This document shows positions 9,483 through 18,077 of a DNA stretch of 64,000 nucleotides, one piece after another; position 1 is the first letter of the stretch; the number at the start of each line of letters is the position of its first letter. The DNA comes from Bacteroidales bacterium (GTDB lineage: Bacteria > Bacteroidota > Bacteroidia > Bacteroidales > UBA3663). The notes under the pieces were generated by a model. That model was not told where the DNA came from. It worked only from the letters and a program-made list of their open reading frames with translations, and searched no databases. The translations under genes were made by a program, and so were the position numbers. The stretch is from the NCBI GenBank assembly GCA_017519885.1, contig JAFWRO010000018.1:3325-67324 (forward strand), in the 5' to 3' direction.

Positions 9483-9663
9483 GTTCTAAGGGATATTAAG
9501 GGATTCTAAGGGATTCTAAGAGATTTTGAGGGACAAATGTTTCTTGGCCCCCGAACTCTACAGGCGCTTCTCTCGGACGTGACCGAACGGAAACAAGGTA
9601 TCGTCCCTTAATATCCCCTAATATCCCTTGACATCCCTTCATATCCCTACTAATATCCCCTTA
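9483..9663. repeat. composite inverted-repeat element: GGGATTCTAAG-type array, ~78 bp core, inverted array (CCCTTAATATC type)
   Basis: The left arm is 9483-9533 and the right arm 9603-9663, reverse-complementary in type. Core termini GGGACAAATGTTT (9530-9542) and AGGTATCGTCCC (9596-9607) recur inverted at 62311-62358. Confidence 0.85.
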
Positions 9664-9673
9664 ACGCACAACC

Positions 9674-10426
9674 ATGATCATCTCTCTTCACGTCGAATAC
9701 AACGCACAATGGGGCGCACAACTTTATGTTACCACAGGCATCAAGCCGAAGTTTGCGCAGAAACTTCCTAAAGATGCCATCGAAATGGACAATGATGGCC
9801 GCGGCAACTGGTTTGTCGATGTCGATGCCAAACGGTTGACGAGCACGCCCTATCACTATGTGCTGGCCTATCAGCGTAGTGTAGTTCGCAACGAGTTCGG
9901 CAACGGCCACTTCATTGCAGGCATCACTGAAGCCGAAGGAGTTCCTACCCTCCGTGTCTGGGACAGTTGGCGAAGACTGCCTCAGATTCGCAGTTTTTTC
10001 TCCCTCGCCTTCCGTCCGCACAAGCGCGACAAATCGATTATGCACGACCAGCCCTTCCCTGCCGTCGATATGCTCGATCCCGATCAGTTCACCATGGTCT
10101 GTGAAGCCGGCAATCTCAAGGACGAGTGGGAACTTGCCCTCATCGGCAACGTTCCTGAACTCGGAGCCTGGCAACCCGAGAAAGCCCTGATCATGCAACA
10201 AATCAGCCGCAACCTTTGGAGCGTCAGTTTCTCACGCAATACGCTGAAGTTCCCGCTGCGCTTCAAGTTCATCGTCGTGAGTCGTCGCACCCATCAGTTT
10301 GTGGCATGGGAAGACTGCACCAACCGATTCTTCGAACCCAGTGTTCTGGATCCGGGCGACTCGCTGCTCATCTGCAACCAGCGCTTCACACGTCCCGCCT
10401 TCGATGACAAGAATGACAACCGATAA
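9674..10426 (+). CDS. stand-alone tandem CBM20-like (starch/glycogen-binding) protein with no catalytic domain
   Basis: The second half (LALIGNVPELGAWQPEKAL...LWSVSF...FKFIV) fits the CBM20 pattern. The overall layout resembles the N-terminus of Bacteroidota 4-alpha-glucanotransferases. There is no signal peptide. Confidence 0.6.
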   Translation: MIISLHVEYNAQWGAQLYVTTGIKPKFAQKLPKDAIEMDNDGRGNWFVDVDAKRLTSTPYHYVLAYQRSVVRNEFGNGHFIAGITEAEGVPTLRVWDSWRRLPQIRSFFSLAFRPHKRDKSIMHDQPFPAVDMLDPDQFTMVCEAGNLKDEWELALIGNVPELGAWQPEKALIMQQISRNLWSVSFSRNTLKFPLRFKFIVVSRRTHQFVAWEDCTNRFFEPSVLDPGDSLLICNQRFTRPAFDDKNDNR

Positions 10427-10451
10427 ACATCATCAACCAATTTATAGAACA

Positions 10452-11147
10452 ATGAAAAGAATTCTTATCGTCTGCATGATTGCTGCATCATGCATCATGG
10501 GCCAGCAAGCCAAGGCCCAATCGTTCCTCGAATCCATCCTTTCGGGCATCGCCTCAGGTAACACGTCGGGCAGCGACGCCTTAGGCGCAGTGCTCAATGG
10601 AGCCGTCACATCCACCACCTCCAACACCAAAGGCAGTAATGTAGGTAATGTTCTCGGCAACATCATTTCGAGCGTAACTGGCAGCGCCACCACCACCCAG
10701 GCCAATCTTGTCGGCACATGGAGTTACAACGAACCAGCTGTGCAGTTCGAGAGCAAGAACCTTCTCACCAAGGCCGGAGGTGCAGCTGCTGCCACCAAGG
10801 TAGAGAACAAACTTGCCTCGTTCTACAATATGATGGGCATCCGCACAGGACGTGTCAGCTTCACTTTTGACAAAGATGGAGGTGTAGTTTACAACCTCGG
10901 CTCACGCTCCTACAAGGGCACTTACACCTTCGACCAGAAGAACAAGACCGTAACGATGACCACACCCACAGGCCAGAATGTTAAGGCATATGTTACCGTC
11001 AGCGGCAACAATATGAGTCTCTGCTTCGACAGCACCAAGGCTCTCAACCTCTTCACCACCATCAGCAAGAGCTACAACTCGACCATCAGCGCCCTCGCTG
11101 GCAACTACGATGGAATGAAAACCGGATTCAAGTTCGTCAAGAAATAA
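10452..11147 (+). CDS. secreted lipocalin-like protein (DUF4923-like)
   Basis: ATG 10452 gives the signal peptide MKRILIVCMIAASCIMGQQAKAQ. A Ser/Thr/Gly-rich linker is followed by LVGTWSY...VSFTFDKDG...TYTFD. The family name is recalled from memory, not verified. Confidence 0.45.
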   Translation: MKRILIVCMIAASCIMGQQAKAQSFLESILSGIASGNTSGSDALGAVLNGAVTSTTSNTKGSNVGNVLGNIISSVTGSATTTQANLVGTWSYNEPAVQFESKNLLTKAGGAAAATKVENKLASFYNMMGIRTGRVSFTFDKDGGVVYNLGSRSYKGTYTFDQKNKTVTMTTPTGQNVKAYVTVSGNNMSLCFDSTKALNLFTTISKSYNSTISALAGNYDGMKTGFKFVKK

Positions 11148-11150
11148 GTA

Positions 11151-11199
11151 TTTCTCTAGATTATCTAGAGGCTCTAGAAAGTCTAGAACATCTAGAACC
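11151..11199. repeat. phased-repeat array of TCTAGA-type units (TTCTCTAGA TTATCTAGAG GCTCTAGAAA GTCTAGAACA TCTAGAACC)
   Basis: Five 9-10 bp units lie directly after stop codon 11145-11147. Confidence 0.85.
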
Positions 11200-11202
11200 A
11201 AC

Positions 11203-11241
11203 AAAAAAAGCTCTGAAGAAATTTCTCTTCAGAGCTTTTTG
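11203..11241. terminator. bidirectional intrinsic terminator
   Basis: 10 bp stem AGCTCTGAAG/CTTCAGAGCT (11209-11218 and 11227-11236) with an 8 nt loop, an A7 run upstream and a T5 run downstream. Confidence 0.8.
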
Positions 11242-11254
11242 TTGACCATTATCA

Positions 11255-11330
11255 TGGTCGGGGTGACCCGACTCGAACGGGCGGCCTCTACGTCCCGAAC
11301 GTAGCGCGCTACCAACTGCGCCACACCCCG
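11255..11330 (-). tRNA. tRNA-Pro (anticodon CGG), CCA encoded
   Basis: The reverse complement reads CGGGGTG-TGGCGCAGTTGGTAGCGCG-CTACG TTCGGGA CGTAG-...GTTCGAGTC...-CACCCCG-A-CCA. It has a 7 bp acceptor stem, a T-loop GTTCGAGTC and anticodon loop TT-CGG-GA. Confidence 0.9.
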
Positions 11331-11333
11331 TGG

Positions 11334-11374
11334 AAATCTACAGCCGCCTGCCTAATCGAATCGGCGACTGTAGA
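11334..11374 (-). terminator. putative terminator/processing hairpin between tsf and tRNA-Pro
   Basis: 12 bp stem with one mismatch (TCTACAGCCGCC 11337-11348 and GGCGACTGTAGA 11363-11374), followed on the minus strand by TTTCCA. Confidence 0.45.
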
Positions 11375-11381
11375 CGAAGGA

Positions 11382-12371
11382 TTAATCCTGGTTGAGGTTC
11401 ACGCGACGGAAAGCAATCACAGTGAGGCCCTTCTGAGCCTTGTCCATATACTGCTGAACGTTGATCTTAGCGTCGTTGATGAACTCCTGCTCAACAAGGC
11501 AGTTCTCCTTGAAGAACTTCTTCAGACGACCCTGTGCGATGTTTGCAATCATCTGCTCGGGCAGGTTAGCAGCCTTCTCAGCGCTAACTTTTGCACGGAT
11601 CTCACGAGCCTGTGCAGCCTGCTCAGCAGTGATCCAACCCTTAGCGGTGTTGCTATCGATATGATCCTCTGAGTCAACAAGGGCGGGGTTGATGCCAGCC
11701 TTCTTGAGGGCTACATCGACAGCCTTGGCAACCTGCTCGGCCTTGGTCTTCTCGATAGCCACAGCAAGTTCGTCGTCCTTCTTCTTCTGGGGAACCTCGT
11801 CAGCATTCACAGCAACAGGATTCATTGCAGCTACCTGAAGGGCAACCTCCTTGAGAACCTCAGCAGGACCCTCCTGGTTGTAAGCAACGATAGTAGAGAG
11901 CTTGTGGTTGAAGTGGTTGTAAGCTACAACTGAGGGACCCTCGATGTGCTCGTAGTTGCCGATCTCCATCTTCTCGCCGGTAACACCGATCTGAGCTACG
12001 ATAGAGTCCTTCACTGTACCATCCTCGGTAGGAAGAGCCAAAACGCCATCCAGATCTGCAGGCTTGTTGGCCATTACGAGATCCATGATCTTGTTGGCAA
12101 GAGCTACGAAACGCTCGTTGGTAGCAACGAAGTCGGTCTCACACTTCAGGGAGATGATAGCTGCGAAGTTGCCATCGGTACGTGCAATAACAGTACCCTC
12201 AGAAGCCTCACGGGCCTCACGCTTGGCGGCAACAGCCTGACCCTTCTTGCGAATCTCCTTCACTGCCTCCTCCATGTTACCATTGGTAACCTCAAGGGCC
12301 TTCTTGCAATCCTGCATACCGGCACCAGTCATCTCGCGGAGTTCCTTAATTTGAGCAATTGAAACTGCCAT
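11382..12371 (-). CDS. tsf: translation elongation factor Ts
   Basis: N-terminal UBA-like motif MAVSIAQIKELREMTGAGMQDCKKAL and EF-Ts dimerisation domains, located downstream of rpsB. ATG at 12371. Confidence 0.95.
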   Translation of the reverse strand: MAVSIAQIKELREMTGAGMQDCKKALEVTNGNMEEAVKEIRKKGQAVAAKREAREASEGTVIARTDGNFAAIISLKCETDFVATNERFVALANKIMDLVMANKPADLDGVLALPTEDGTVKDSIVAQIGVTGEKMEIGNYEHIEGPSVVAYNHFNHKLSTIVAYNQEGPAEVLKEVALQVAAMNPVAVNADEVPQKKKDDELAVAIEKTKAEQVAKAVDVALKKAGINPALVDSEDHIDSNTAKGWITAEQAAQAREIRAKVSAEKAANLPEQMIANIAQGRLKKFFKENCLVEQEFINDAKINVQQYMDKAQKGLTVIAFRRVNLNQD

Positions 12372-12405
12372 AATTTCTTTCAGTTTTTTAGGATTAAAAA
12401 TCAAA

Positions 12406-13188
12406 TTAGGCCTCCTCTTCTTCGGTAGCCTCTTCTACTACTGGAGCCTTCTTGCCAGCCTTGCCCGAAGCCTCAGCAGCTTCCTGGTCAGCCTTCTCCA
12501 CCTTGCGCTCCTCGATACCCTCAGCGATAGCGTCGCACATAGTGCCTACAACCACTGCGATAGACTTGGTAGCGTCGTCGTTGGCGGGGATTACATAATC
12601 CACACCCTTGGGGTTGGAGTTGGTATCAACCATTGCAAATACGGGGATACCCAGACGGATAGCCTCAGCTACTGCAATGTGCTCCTTCATAACATCTACA
12701 ACGAAGATTGCAGATGGCAGACGGGTAAGGTCTGCGATTGAACCGAGGTTCTTCTCAAGCTTCTCACGCTGGCGGCTGACCTGCAGACGCTCGCGCTTCG
12801 AAAGGTTATCATAAGTGCCGTCCTTGGTGAGTTTGTCGATGGTAGCCATCTTCTTCACAGCCTTGCGGATGGTGGTGAAGTTGGTGAGCATACCGCCTGG
12901 CCAGCGCTCGATAACGTAAGGCATGCCAACAGCCTGTGCCTTCTCGGCAATGATCTCCTTGGCCTGCTTTTTGGTTGCGACGAAAAGCACCTTCTTGCCA
13001 CTCTTGGCCAATGCCTTGAGCTGCTCAGCTGCCTCGTCGATTTTAGCAACTGTCTTATTAAGGTCTATGATATGGATGCCGTTACGCTCCATGAAGATGT
13101 ATGGAGCCATTGCTGGGTTCCACTTGCTCTTAAGGTGTCCGAAGTGAACGCCGGCTTCCAAAAGTTGATCAAAGTTTGTACGTGACAT
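12406..13188 (-). CDS. rpsB: 30S ribosomal protein S2
   Basis: LLEAGVHFGH...WNP signature, an acidic C-terminal tail and the conserved rpsB-tsf gene order. Confidence 0.95.
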   Translation of the reverse strand: MSRTNFDQLLEAGVHFGHLKSKWNPAMAPYIFMERNGIHIIDLNKTVAKIDEAAEQLKALAKSGKKVLFVATKKQAKEIIAEKAQAVGMPYVIERWPGGMLTNFTTIRKAVKKMATIDKLTKDGTYDNLSKRERLQVSRQREKLEKNLGSIADLTRLPSAIFVVDVMKEHIAVAEAIRLGIPVFAMVDTNSNPKGVDYVIPANDDATKSIAVVVGTMCDAIAEGIEERKVEKADQEAAEASGKAGKKAPVVEEATEEEEA

Positions 13189-13343
13189 AATGTCGAAAAT
13201 TGTTTTATTTGTTTACATTCTTGTTATTCAATCCGTCGGTAGTCGTCATCAGGACGGGTCCGACTGGATTTAGATACTAAACGCGTTATTTAAATAGATG
13301 TACGCACGTACTTATTTAAATTACGCTTTGCGCTAACCAAAGA

Positions 13344-13733
13344 TTAACGCTTGCTGAACTGGAAGCGACGACGAGCCTTGGGCTGACCTGGCTTCTTACG
13401 TTCAACGACACGAGGATCGCGGGTGAGGAAGCCAGCCTTGCGAAGAGCGGCCTTGTGCTCAGCATCGATCTTAACGAGTGCGCGTGCAATTGCGAGACGA
13501 GCGGCACCAGCCTGGCCATTGAAGCCACCACCCTTGAGGTTCACCTTGATATCGTACTGCTCGGCAACACCTACTTCGTTGAGAGGCTGCTTAACGACGA
13601 ACTGAAGGATCGAAGAGGGGAAATACGACTGGAGTTCCTTACTGTTGATTGTGATGTTACCAGCACCAGCCTGAACATAAACGCGGGCTACGGCGGCCTT
13701 GCGGCGGCCAATTGCATTAATTACTTCTGCCAT
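13344..13733 (-). CDS. rpsI: 30S ribosomal protein S9
   Basis: GRRKAAVARV...GGG..GQAGA...ARRRFQFSKR signature over 129 aa. Confidence 0.95.
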   Translation of the reverse strand: MAEVINAIGRRKAAVARVYVQAGAGNITINSKELQSYFPSSILQFVVKQPLNEVGVAEQYDIKVNLKGGGFNGQAGAARLAIARALVKIDAEHKAALRKAGFLTRDPRVVERKKPGQPKARRRFQFSKR

Positions 13734-13758
13734 AGTTCAATTGTTGTTTTGGTGTTGA

Positions 13759-14217
13759 TTACTTCAGTTTGTTGATGTCGATTACCTTTGGCTGCTGTGC
13801 AACCTCCTTGTACTCGCTGCCCTCATATACGCGAACGTTCTTGAGGATCTTACGGCCGAGAGGGCCCTTGGGGAGCATACCCTTGAGTACGGTGAGGAAC
13901 AGTGCCTCGTAACCCTGTTTCTTAACTACGCTAGCGGCAGTGTGTGCGCGCTGGCCACTTGGATAACCGGTGAAGGTGAGCCACTCACGCTCAGTCCACT
14001 TGTTGCCGGTCATTGTGATCTTGTCGGCGTTAATGATGATTACGTTGTCGCCGCAGTCAACGTTAGGGGTGAAGGATGGTTTGTACTTACCGCGGAGAAG
14101 CTTTGCTACCTTTGAGCAGAAGCGACCCATCACCTGGTCAGTAGCATCCACAACCACCCACTCCTTCTGTGCAGTTGCTTTGTTCACAGAAATGGTCTTA
14201 AAAGATAAAGTATCCAT
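13759..14217 (-). CDS. rplM: 50S ribosomal protein L13
   Basis: KEWVVVDA...LGR.AS.VA..LRGK pattern and the conserved rplM-rpsI order. Confidence 0.95.
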   Translation of the reverse strand: MDTLSFKTISVNKATAQKEWVVVDATDQVMGRFCSKVAKLLRGKYKPSFTPNVDCGDNVIIINADKITMTGNKWTEREWLTFTGYPSGQRAHTAASVVKKQGYEALFLTVLKGMLPKGPLGRKILKNVRVYEGSEYKEVAQQPKVIDINKLK

Positions 14218-14326
14218 TTAGTTGATTGGGATAAATTAAAAAATTAAATAAGTTAAATAGACTGGCAGCGCCTCGAATTACGGACAAGAGCTCATCGAGG
14301 ATGCCACTGACGATTAAATCAGCGCG

Positions 14327-14334
14327 CAAAGATA
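14327..14334 (-). promoter_or_regulatory. Bacteroidota -7 promoter box (TAtcTTTG on the minus strand) for rplM-rpsI
   Basis: Plus strand CAAAGATA. This implies a ~100 nt leader before ATG 14217. Confidence 0.55.
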
Positions 14335-14471
14335 ACGCTTTTATTCTAAATACGTGCATTTAAAGATGTTTTTAAAGAGTTTTCAACACTTTTTTCGCCC
14401 ACAATTCATAAATTTGGCCTATCAAGATAGCAAATTACCGCGTCAAATTTGGCTCGAAAGTGAATAATTAT

Positions 14472-14479
14472 TATCTTTG
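14472..14479 (+). promoter_or_regulatory. Bacteroidota -7 promoter box (TAtcTTTG)
   Basis: Exact TAnnTTTG match 22 nt upstream of ATG 14501. Confidence 0.6.
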
Positions 14480-14500
14480 CACCCATCATCTGACAAAACT

Positions 14501-15262
14501 ATGGACATCACCAAAGCCAACCTCGAACATCTGTATCATCACATCTTCAGCGAAGAGAGGTTTCTCGCCATCGATCCTTGCGCTGTCGTTTGGCAGCTTT
14601 CAGCCCACACCCAGCGACAACTTGACCTCGAAATTGGAGGACTCATGGTAGCTATGATTACCTGGGGAAACCGCAAGGCCATCCGTACGGCCGCCCTCCA
14701 TATGCTCTGTGATGAAATGCAATGGAACCCATCAGAGTTCATCCTCCGCCAGTTATATCTCGATAGCTATCAGAACGCCAGGAATGACTGTGTCTATCGG
14801 ACGCTCAATCGCTACAAGTTCATCGAGGTATGCGAGAACATCTATAATGCCCTTATGTTTTTTCGCCAAGCTCACCCTAATGAGGAACTGACGCTCGAGA
14901 ATTGTTTGAAGGGTTTGGATATGAAACAATGCATCGCCACGATTACTGATTGGCTGGCTCCAGCACGACTCGGCACGATAGGCAAGACTGCTTGCAAGAG
15001 GATATGTATGTTCCTGCGCTGGATGGTCCGAACCGAAACACCCGACTTCGGTCTATGGAAATCGCACAAGCCCAGCGAACTGTATGCGATTCTCGATGTC
15101 CACATCTGTCAACTCACCTTTCCCATCCTCAAGCACAAACAACCATCGTGGGCGGCTTGCGAAGAGCTCACCGAGATTTTCCGCCGATGGGACAAGGATG
15201 ATCCCTTGAAATACGACGTGGCCTTGATGACCTTGGCCGATCTTGACACGGAGAGCAGATAG
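14501..15262 (+). CDS. TIGR02757/DUF2400-family protein
   Basis: 253 aa. The segment CKRICMFLRWMVRTETPDFGLW resembles the conserved core of the DUF2400 family as I recall it. ATG 14501 was preferred over TTG 14477, which overlaps the promoter box. Confidence 0.5.
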   Translation: MDITKANLEHLYHHIFSEERFLAIDPCAVVWQLSAHTQRQLDLEIGGLMVAMITWGNRKAIRTAALHMLCDEMQWNPSEFILRQLYLDSYQNARNDCVYRTLNRYKFIEVCENIYNALMFFRQAHPNEELTLENCLKGLDMKQCIATITDWLAPARLGTIGKTACKRICMFLRWMVRTETPDFGLWKSHKPSELYAILDVHICQLTFPILKHKQPSWAACEELTEIFRRWDKDDPLKYDVALMTLADLDTESR

Positions 15263-15358
15263 GCCAATATAGCATACAAATAATTCAAATAATGATGAAA
15301 TCTGCACCGATTTCGAACCATTTCAGCATATAATTGTCCAACCAATCATTTTTTTCTT

Positions 15359-15366
15359 TATCTTTG
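15359..15366 (+). promoter_or_regulatory. Bacteroidota -7 promoter box (TAtcTTTG)
   Basis: Exact TAnnTTTG match 27 nt upstream of ATG 15393. Confidence 0.6.
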
Positions 15367-15392
15367 CAACCGATATTATAACTCACTCTAAC

Positions 15393-18050
15393 ATGAAAAA
15401 GACCCTATTCACCACGCTACTTTTGGTAGCTTCTCTATTTACCTCACTCTCGGCACAAAGCCAGGAGCAGTTACTCCTTTCCGGTTGGCGCTTCCAGAAA
15501 GGTGCCGCAGTCGGAGCCGAAGCTCCCGACTTCGACGACACCCGCTGGCAGCAGGTCACCATCCCGCACGATTGGGCCATCAGCGGTCCTTTTGACAAGG
15601 ACATCGACAAGCAGGTGGTTCGCATCGAGCAGAATGGCGAGAAGGAGGCAACCGAGAAGACAGGTCGCTCGGGCTGTCTGCCCTGGATTGGCGAAGGCTG
15701 GTACCGCACACAGTTCACCATCCCTGCTGGCTACGATTATGCCGAACTCATCTTTGATGGCGCTATGGCCGAACCGCACGTCTATGTCGATGGCAAGGAC
15801 GTAGGTTATTGGGCTTACGGATACAATACATTCAAACTGGAAATCCCTGCCGAATCAGGCGAACACACGCTTGCTGTGCATCTGCAGAACATCGAAGAGT
15901 CTTCACGCTGGTACCCCGGTGCCGGACTCTATCGCCCCGTGCGCCTCTTCCTCGCACAACGAATCAGTCTGAAGACCTGGGGCACCTTCGCCCGCACCAC
16001 CATGGTATCCTACATCTCCCCCGACTACCGTTCGGCACGTGAGGCTCGACTCACTGTTAGTTCTGAGGTTAGAGGCGATATCAGGAAGGATCAGAAACTC
16101 AAGGTTGGACATTTCCTTACCAATGAAGAGGGTGAAGTCGTTGCCGAACATTGGATGGATGTCAACGACTCAAAGATGGCAACCAACGTCCTCGTCGTCA
16201 GGAATCCTAAGCTCTGGAGCCCCGAACAACCTGCGCTCTACACACTTACCACGCGTTTGACCGAAGGTGACAAGGTATGGGACGAACAGAGCCAGAAGGT
16301 CGGCATCCGTCAGATTGAATACAATGAAGAAGGCTTCAAGCTCAATGGCGAGCTACGCAAGTTCCGTGGCGTTTGCCTCCACCACGACATGGGTCCCGTA
16401 GGTTCAGCGTTCAACAAGTCGGCTTTCCGTCGCCAGGTGGCACTCCTGAAGGAAATCGGTTGCGACGCCATCCGCACCTCGCACAATATGCCAGCACCTT
16501 GGCAGATGGACATCTGCGACGAAATGGGCATGATGGTCATGGCCGAATCGATGGACATGTGGGTCTATCCCAAGTGCAAAAATGGATATAGCCGCTTCTT
16601 CGAAAAGGTCGATGACACCTCGGTCAACCGCACAGGCGAACCTTGGTGGAAGCGCGACTTCACCAACCTCGTCCTCGTCCACCGCAACCACCCGTCCATC
16701 GTGATGTGGAGCATTGGCAACGAGATACCCGAGCAGAACAACGCTGTCGGCTACCGTTATACCCACCTCCTCCAGCAGGTAATCCACGAACTCGACGGCA
16801 CACGTCCCTGCACACAGGGTATGGACCGCGGCGAAGGCCCAATGCACAGCGGCGTATGGCAAACTACCGATATCCCAGGCTTCAACTATCGTCTCCACGT
16901 CTATCCGAAGGGCATCGAGAATTCGCCCAAGGGCATCGTCCTCGGTTCGGAGACGGCTTCCACCATCTCGAGTCGCGGCGTCTATAAGTTCCCTGTCGAG
17001 GAAGTGCACGGCACAGCCTACGACGACGGACAGATCTCCAGCTACGACCTCGAATCGTGCATCTGGAGCAATATCCCCGACGACGACTGGATGTGGCAGG
17101 ACAAGTGCCCGCAGGTCATTGGTGAATTCGTCTGGACTGGTTTTGACTACCTTGGCGAACCTACCCCCTACGACGAATACTGGCCATCACGCAGCAGTTA
17201 CTTCGGCATTTTCGACCTTGCAGGTCTTCCCAAGGATCGCGCTTACCTCTATCGCGTACACTGGGCACCCGAACAGGAGACTCTGCACCTGCTGCCCCAC
17301 TGGACATGGCCAGGACGTGAGGGTGAAGTGACTCCCGTCTTCTGCTACACCAACTATCCTGAAGCCGAACTCTTCGTCAATGGCAAGAGCCAGGGCCGTA
17401 TCAGGAAGTATGATGTCAGTCTTGAGACCTATCTCGGTCACCGTGTTTCTGAACCGATGCCGTGGGGCGGCTCCTCGATGTTTGCCGATCCCAAGACACC
17501 ATACGGAGAAAATCGTCTCGACCGTTATCGTCTGCGCTGGATGGATGTGCGCTACGAACCCGGCGAGCTCAAGGTGGTGGCCTACGATGCAATGGGCAAC
17601 AAGGCAGCCGAGCAGGTCATCCGCACCGCGGGCAAGCCCGACCACATCGAACTCTGCCTCGATGCAGCAGCCCAGGACACCGAACTCAGCGTCACGCCCG
17701 TCGATATGGATGGCAATACGCTCGACACGCCTCAGCTCGCCTTCGTCACCGCCCGCGTGGTCGATAAGGACGGCAATCTCTGTCCCGATGCCGACGTACA
17801 GCTCCAGTTCAACGTCAGCGGAAAGCCGCAGCGTGGTATCAAGGCAGCCAAGGGCGAATATGTGGCACGCTACAACTCGGCTTGCAATGGTGACGCTACC
17901 AGCGTTGAGACGTTCACCGAACCAACGATGAAGGCTTTCCACGGCGAGTGTGTCATCGTCATAGAAGCCGGCACTGTGCTCGGCGATGCCACCCTCACCG
18001 TCAGCGGCAAGGGTGTCAAGCCAGCCAGGATGAACTTCACCGTCCGATAA
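15393..18050 (+). CDS. glycoside hydrolase family 2 protein (beta-galactosidase-like), secreted
   Basis: Signal peptide followed by a GH2 sugar-binding N-domain (W..V.IPHDW). The acid/base region NHPSIVMWSIGNE is typical of GH2. Confidence 0.85.
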   Translation: MKKTLFTTLLLVASLFTSLSAQSQEQLLLSGWRFQKGAAVGAEAPDFDDTRWQQVTIPHDWAISGPFDKDIDKQVVRIEQNGEKEATEKTGRSGCLPWIGEGWYRTQFTIPAGYDYAELIFDGAMAEPHVYVDGKDVGYWAYGYNTFKLEIPAESGEHTLAVHLQNIEESSRWYPGAGLYRPVRLFLAQRISLKTWGTFARTTMVSYISPDYRSAREARLTVSSEVRGDIRKDQKLKVGHFLTNEEGEVVAEHWMDVNDSKMATNVLVVRNPKLWSPEQPALYTLTTRLTEGDKVWDEQSQKVGIRQIEYNEEGFKLNGELRKFRGVCLHHDMGPVGSAFNKSAFRRQVALLKEIGCDAIRTSHNMPAPWQMDICDEMGMMVMAESMDMWVYPKCKNGYSRFFEKVDDTSVNRTGEPWWKRDFTNLVLVHRNHPSIVMWSIGNEIPEQNNAVGYRYTHLLQQVIHELDGTRPCTQGMDRGEGPMHSGVWQTTDIPGFNYRLHVYPKGIENSPKGIVLGSETASTISSRGVYKFPVEEVHGTAYDDGQISSYDLESCIWSNIPDDDWMWQDKCPQVIGEFVWTGFDYLGEPTPYDEYWPSRSSYFGIFDLAGLPKDRAYLYRVHWAPEQETLHLLPHWTWPGREGEVTPVFCYTNYPEAELFVNGKSQGRIRKYDVSLETYLGHRVSEPMPWGGSSMFADPKTPYGENRLDRYRLRWMDVRYEPGELKVVAYDAMGNKAAEQVIRTAGKPDHIELCLDAAAQDTELSVTPVDMDGNTLDTPQLAFVTARVVDKDGNLCPDADVQLQFNVSGKPQRGIKAAKGEYVARYNSACNGDATSVETFTEPTMKAFHGECVIVIEAGTVLGDATLTVSGKGVKPARMNFTVR

Positions 18051-18077
18051 TCGTCAATCGTGCTTTATTGATTGTCC

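Noticed and set aside
11151-11199. Significance of the palindromic hexamers inside the units (TCTAGA, TTCGAA, CTTAAG) as restriction-modification or methylation targets.
   Set aside because: The hexamer differs from array to array, some arrays have non-palindromic cores (TTCTGAA, TTTGAGA), and no R-M genes are in the window. The palindromes look like a by-product of the TT..AA unit design.
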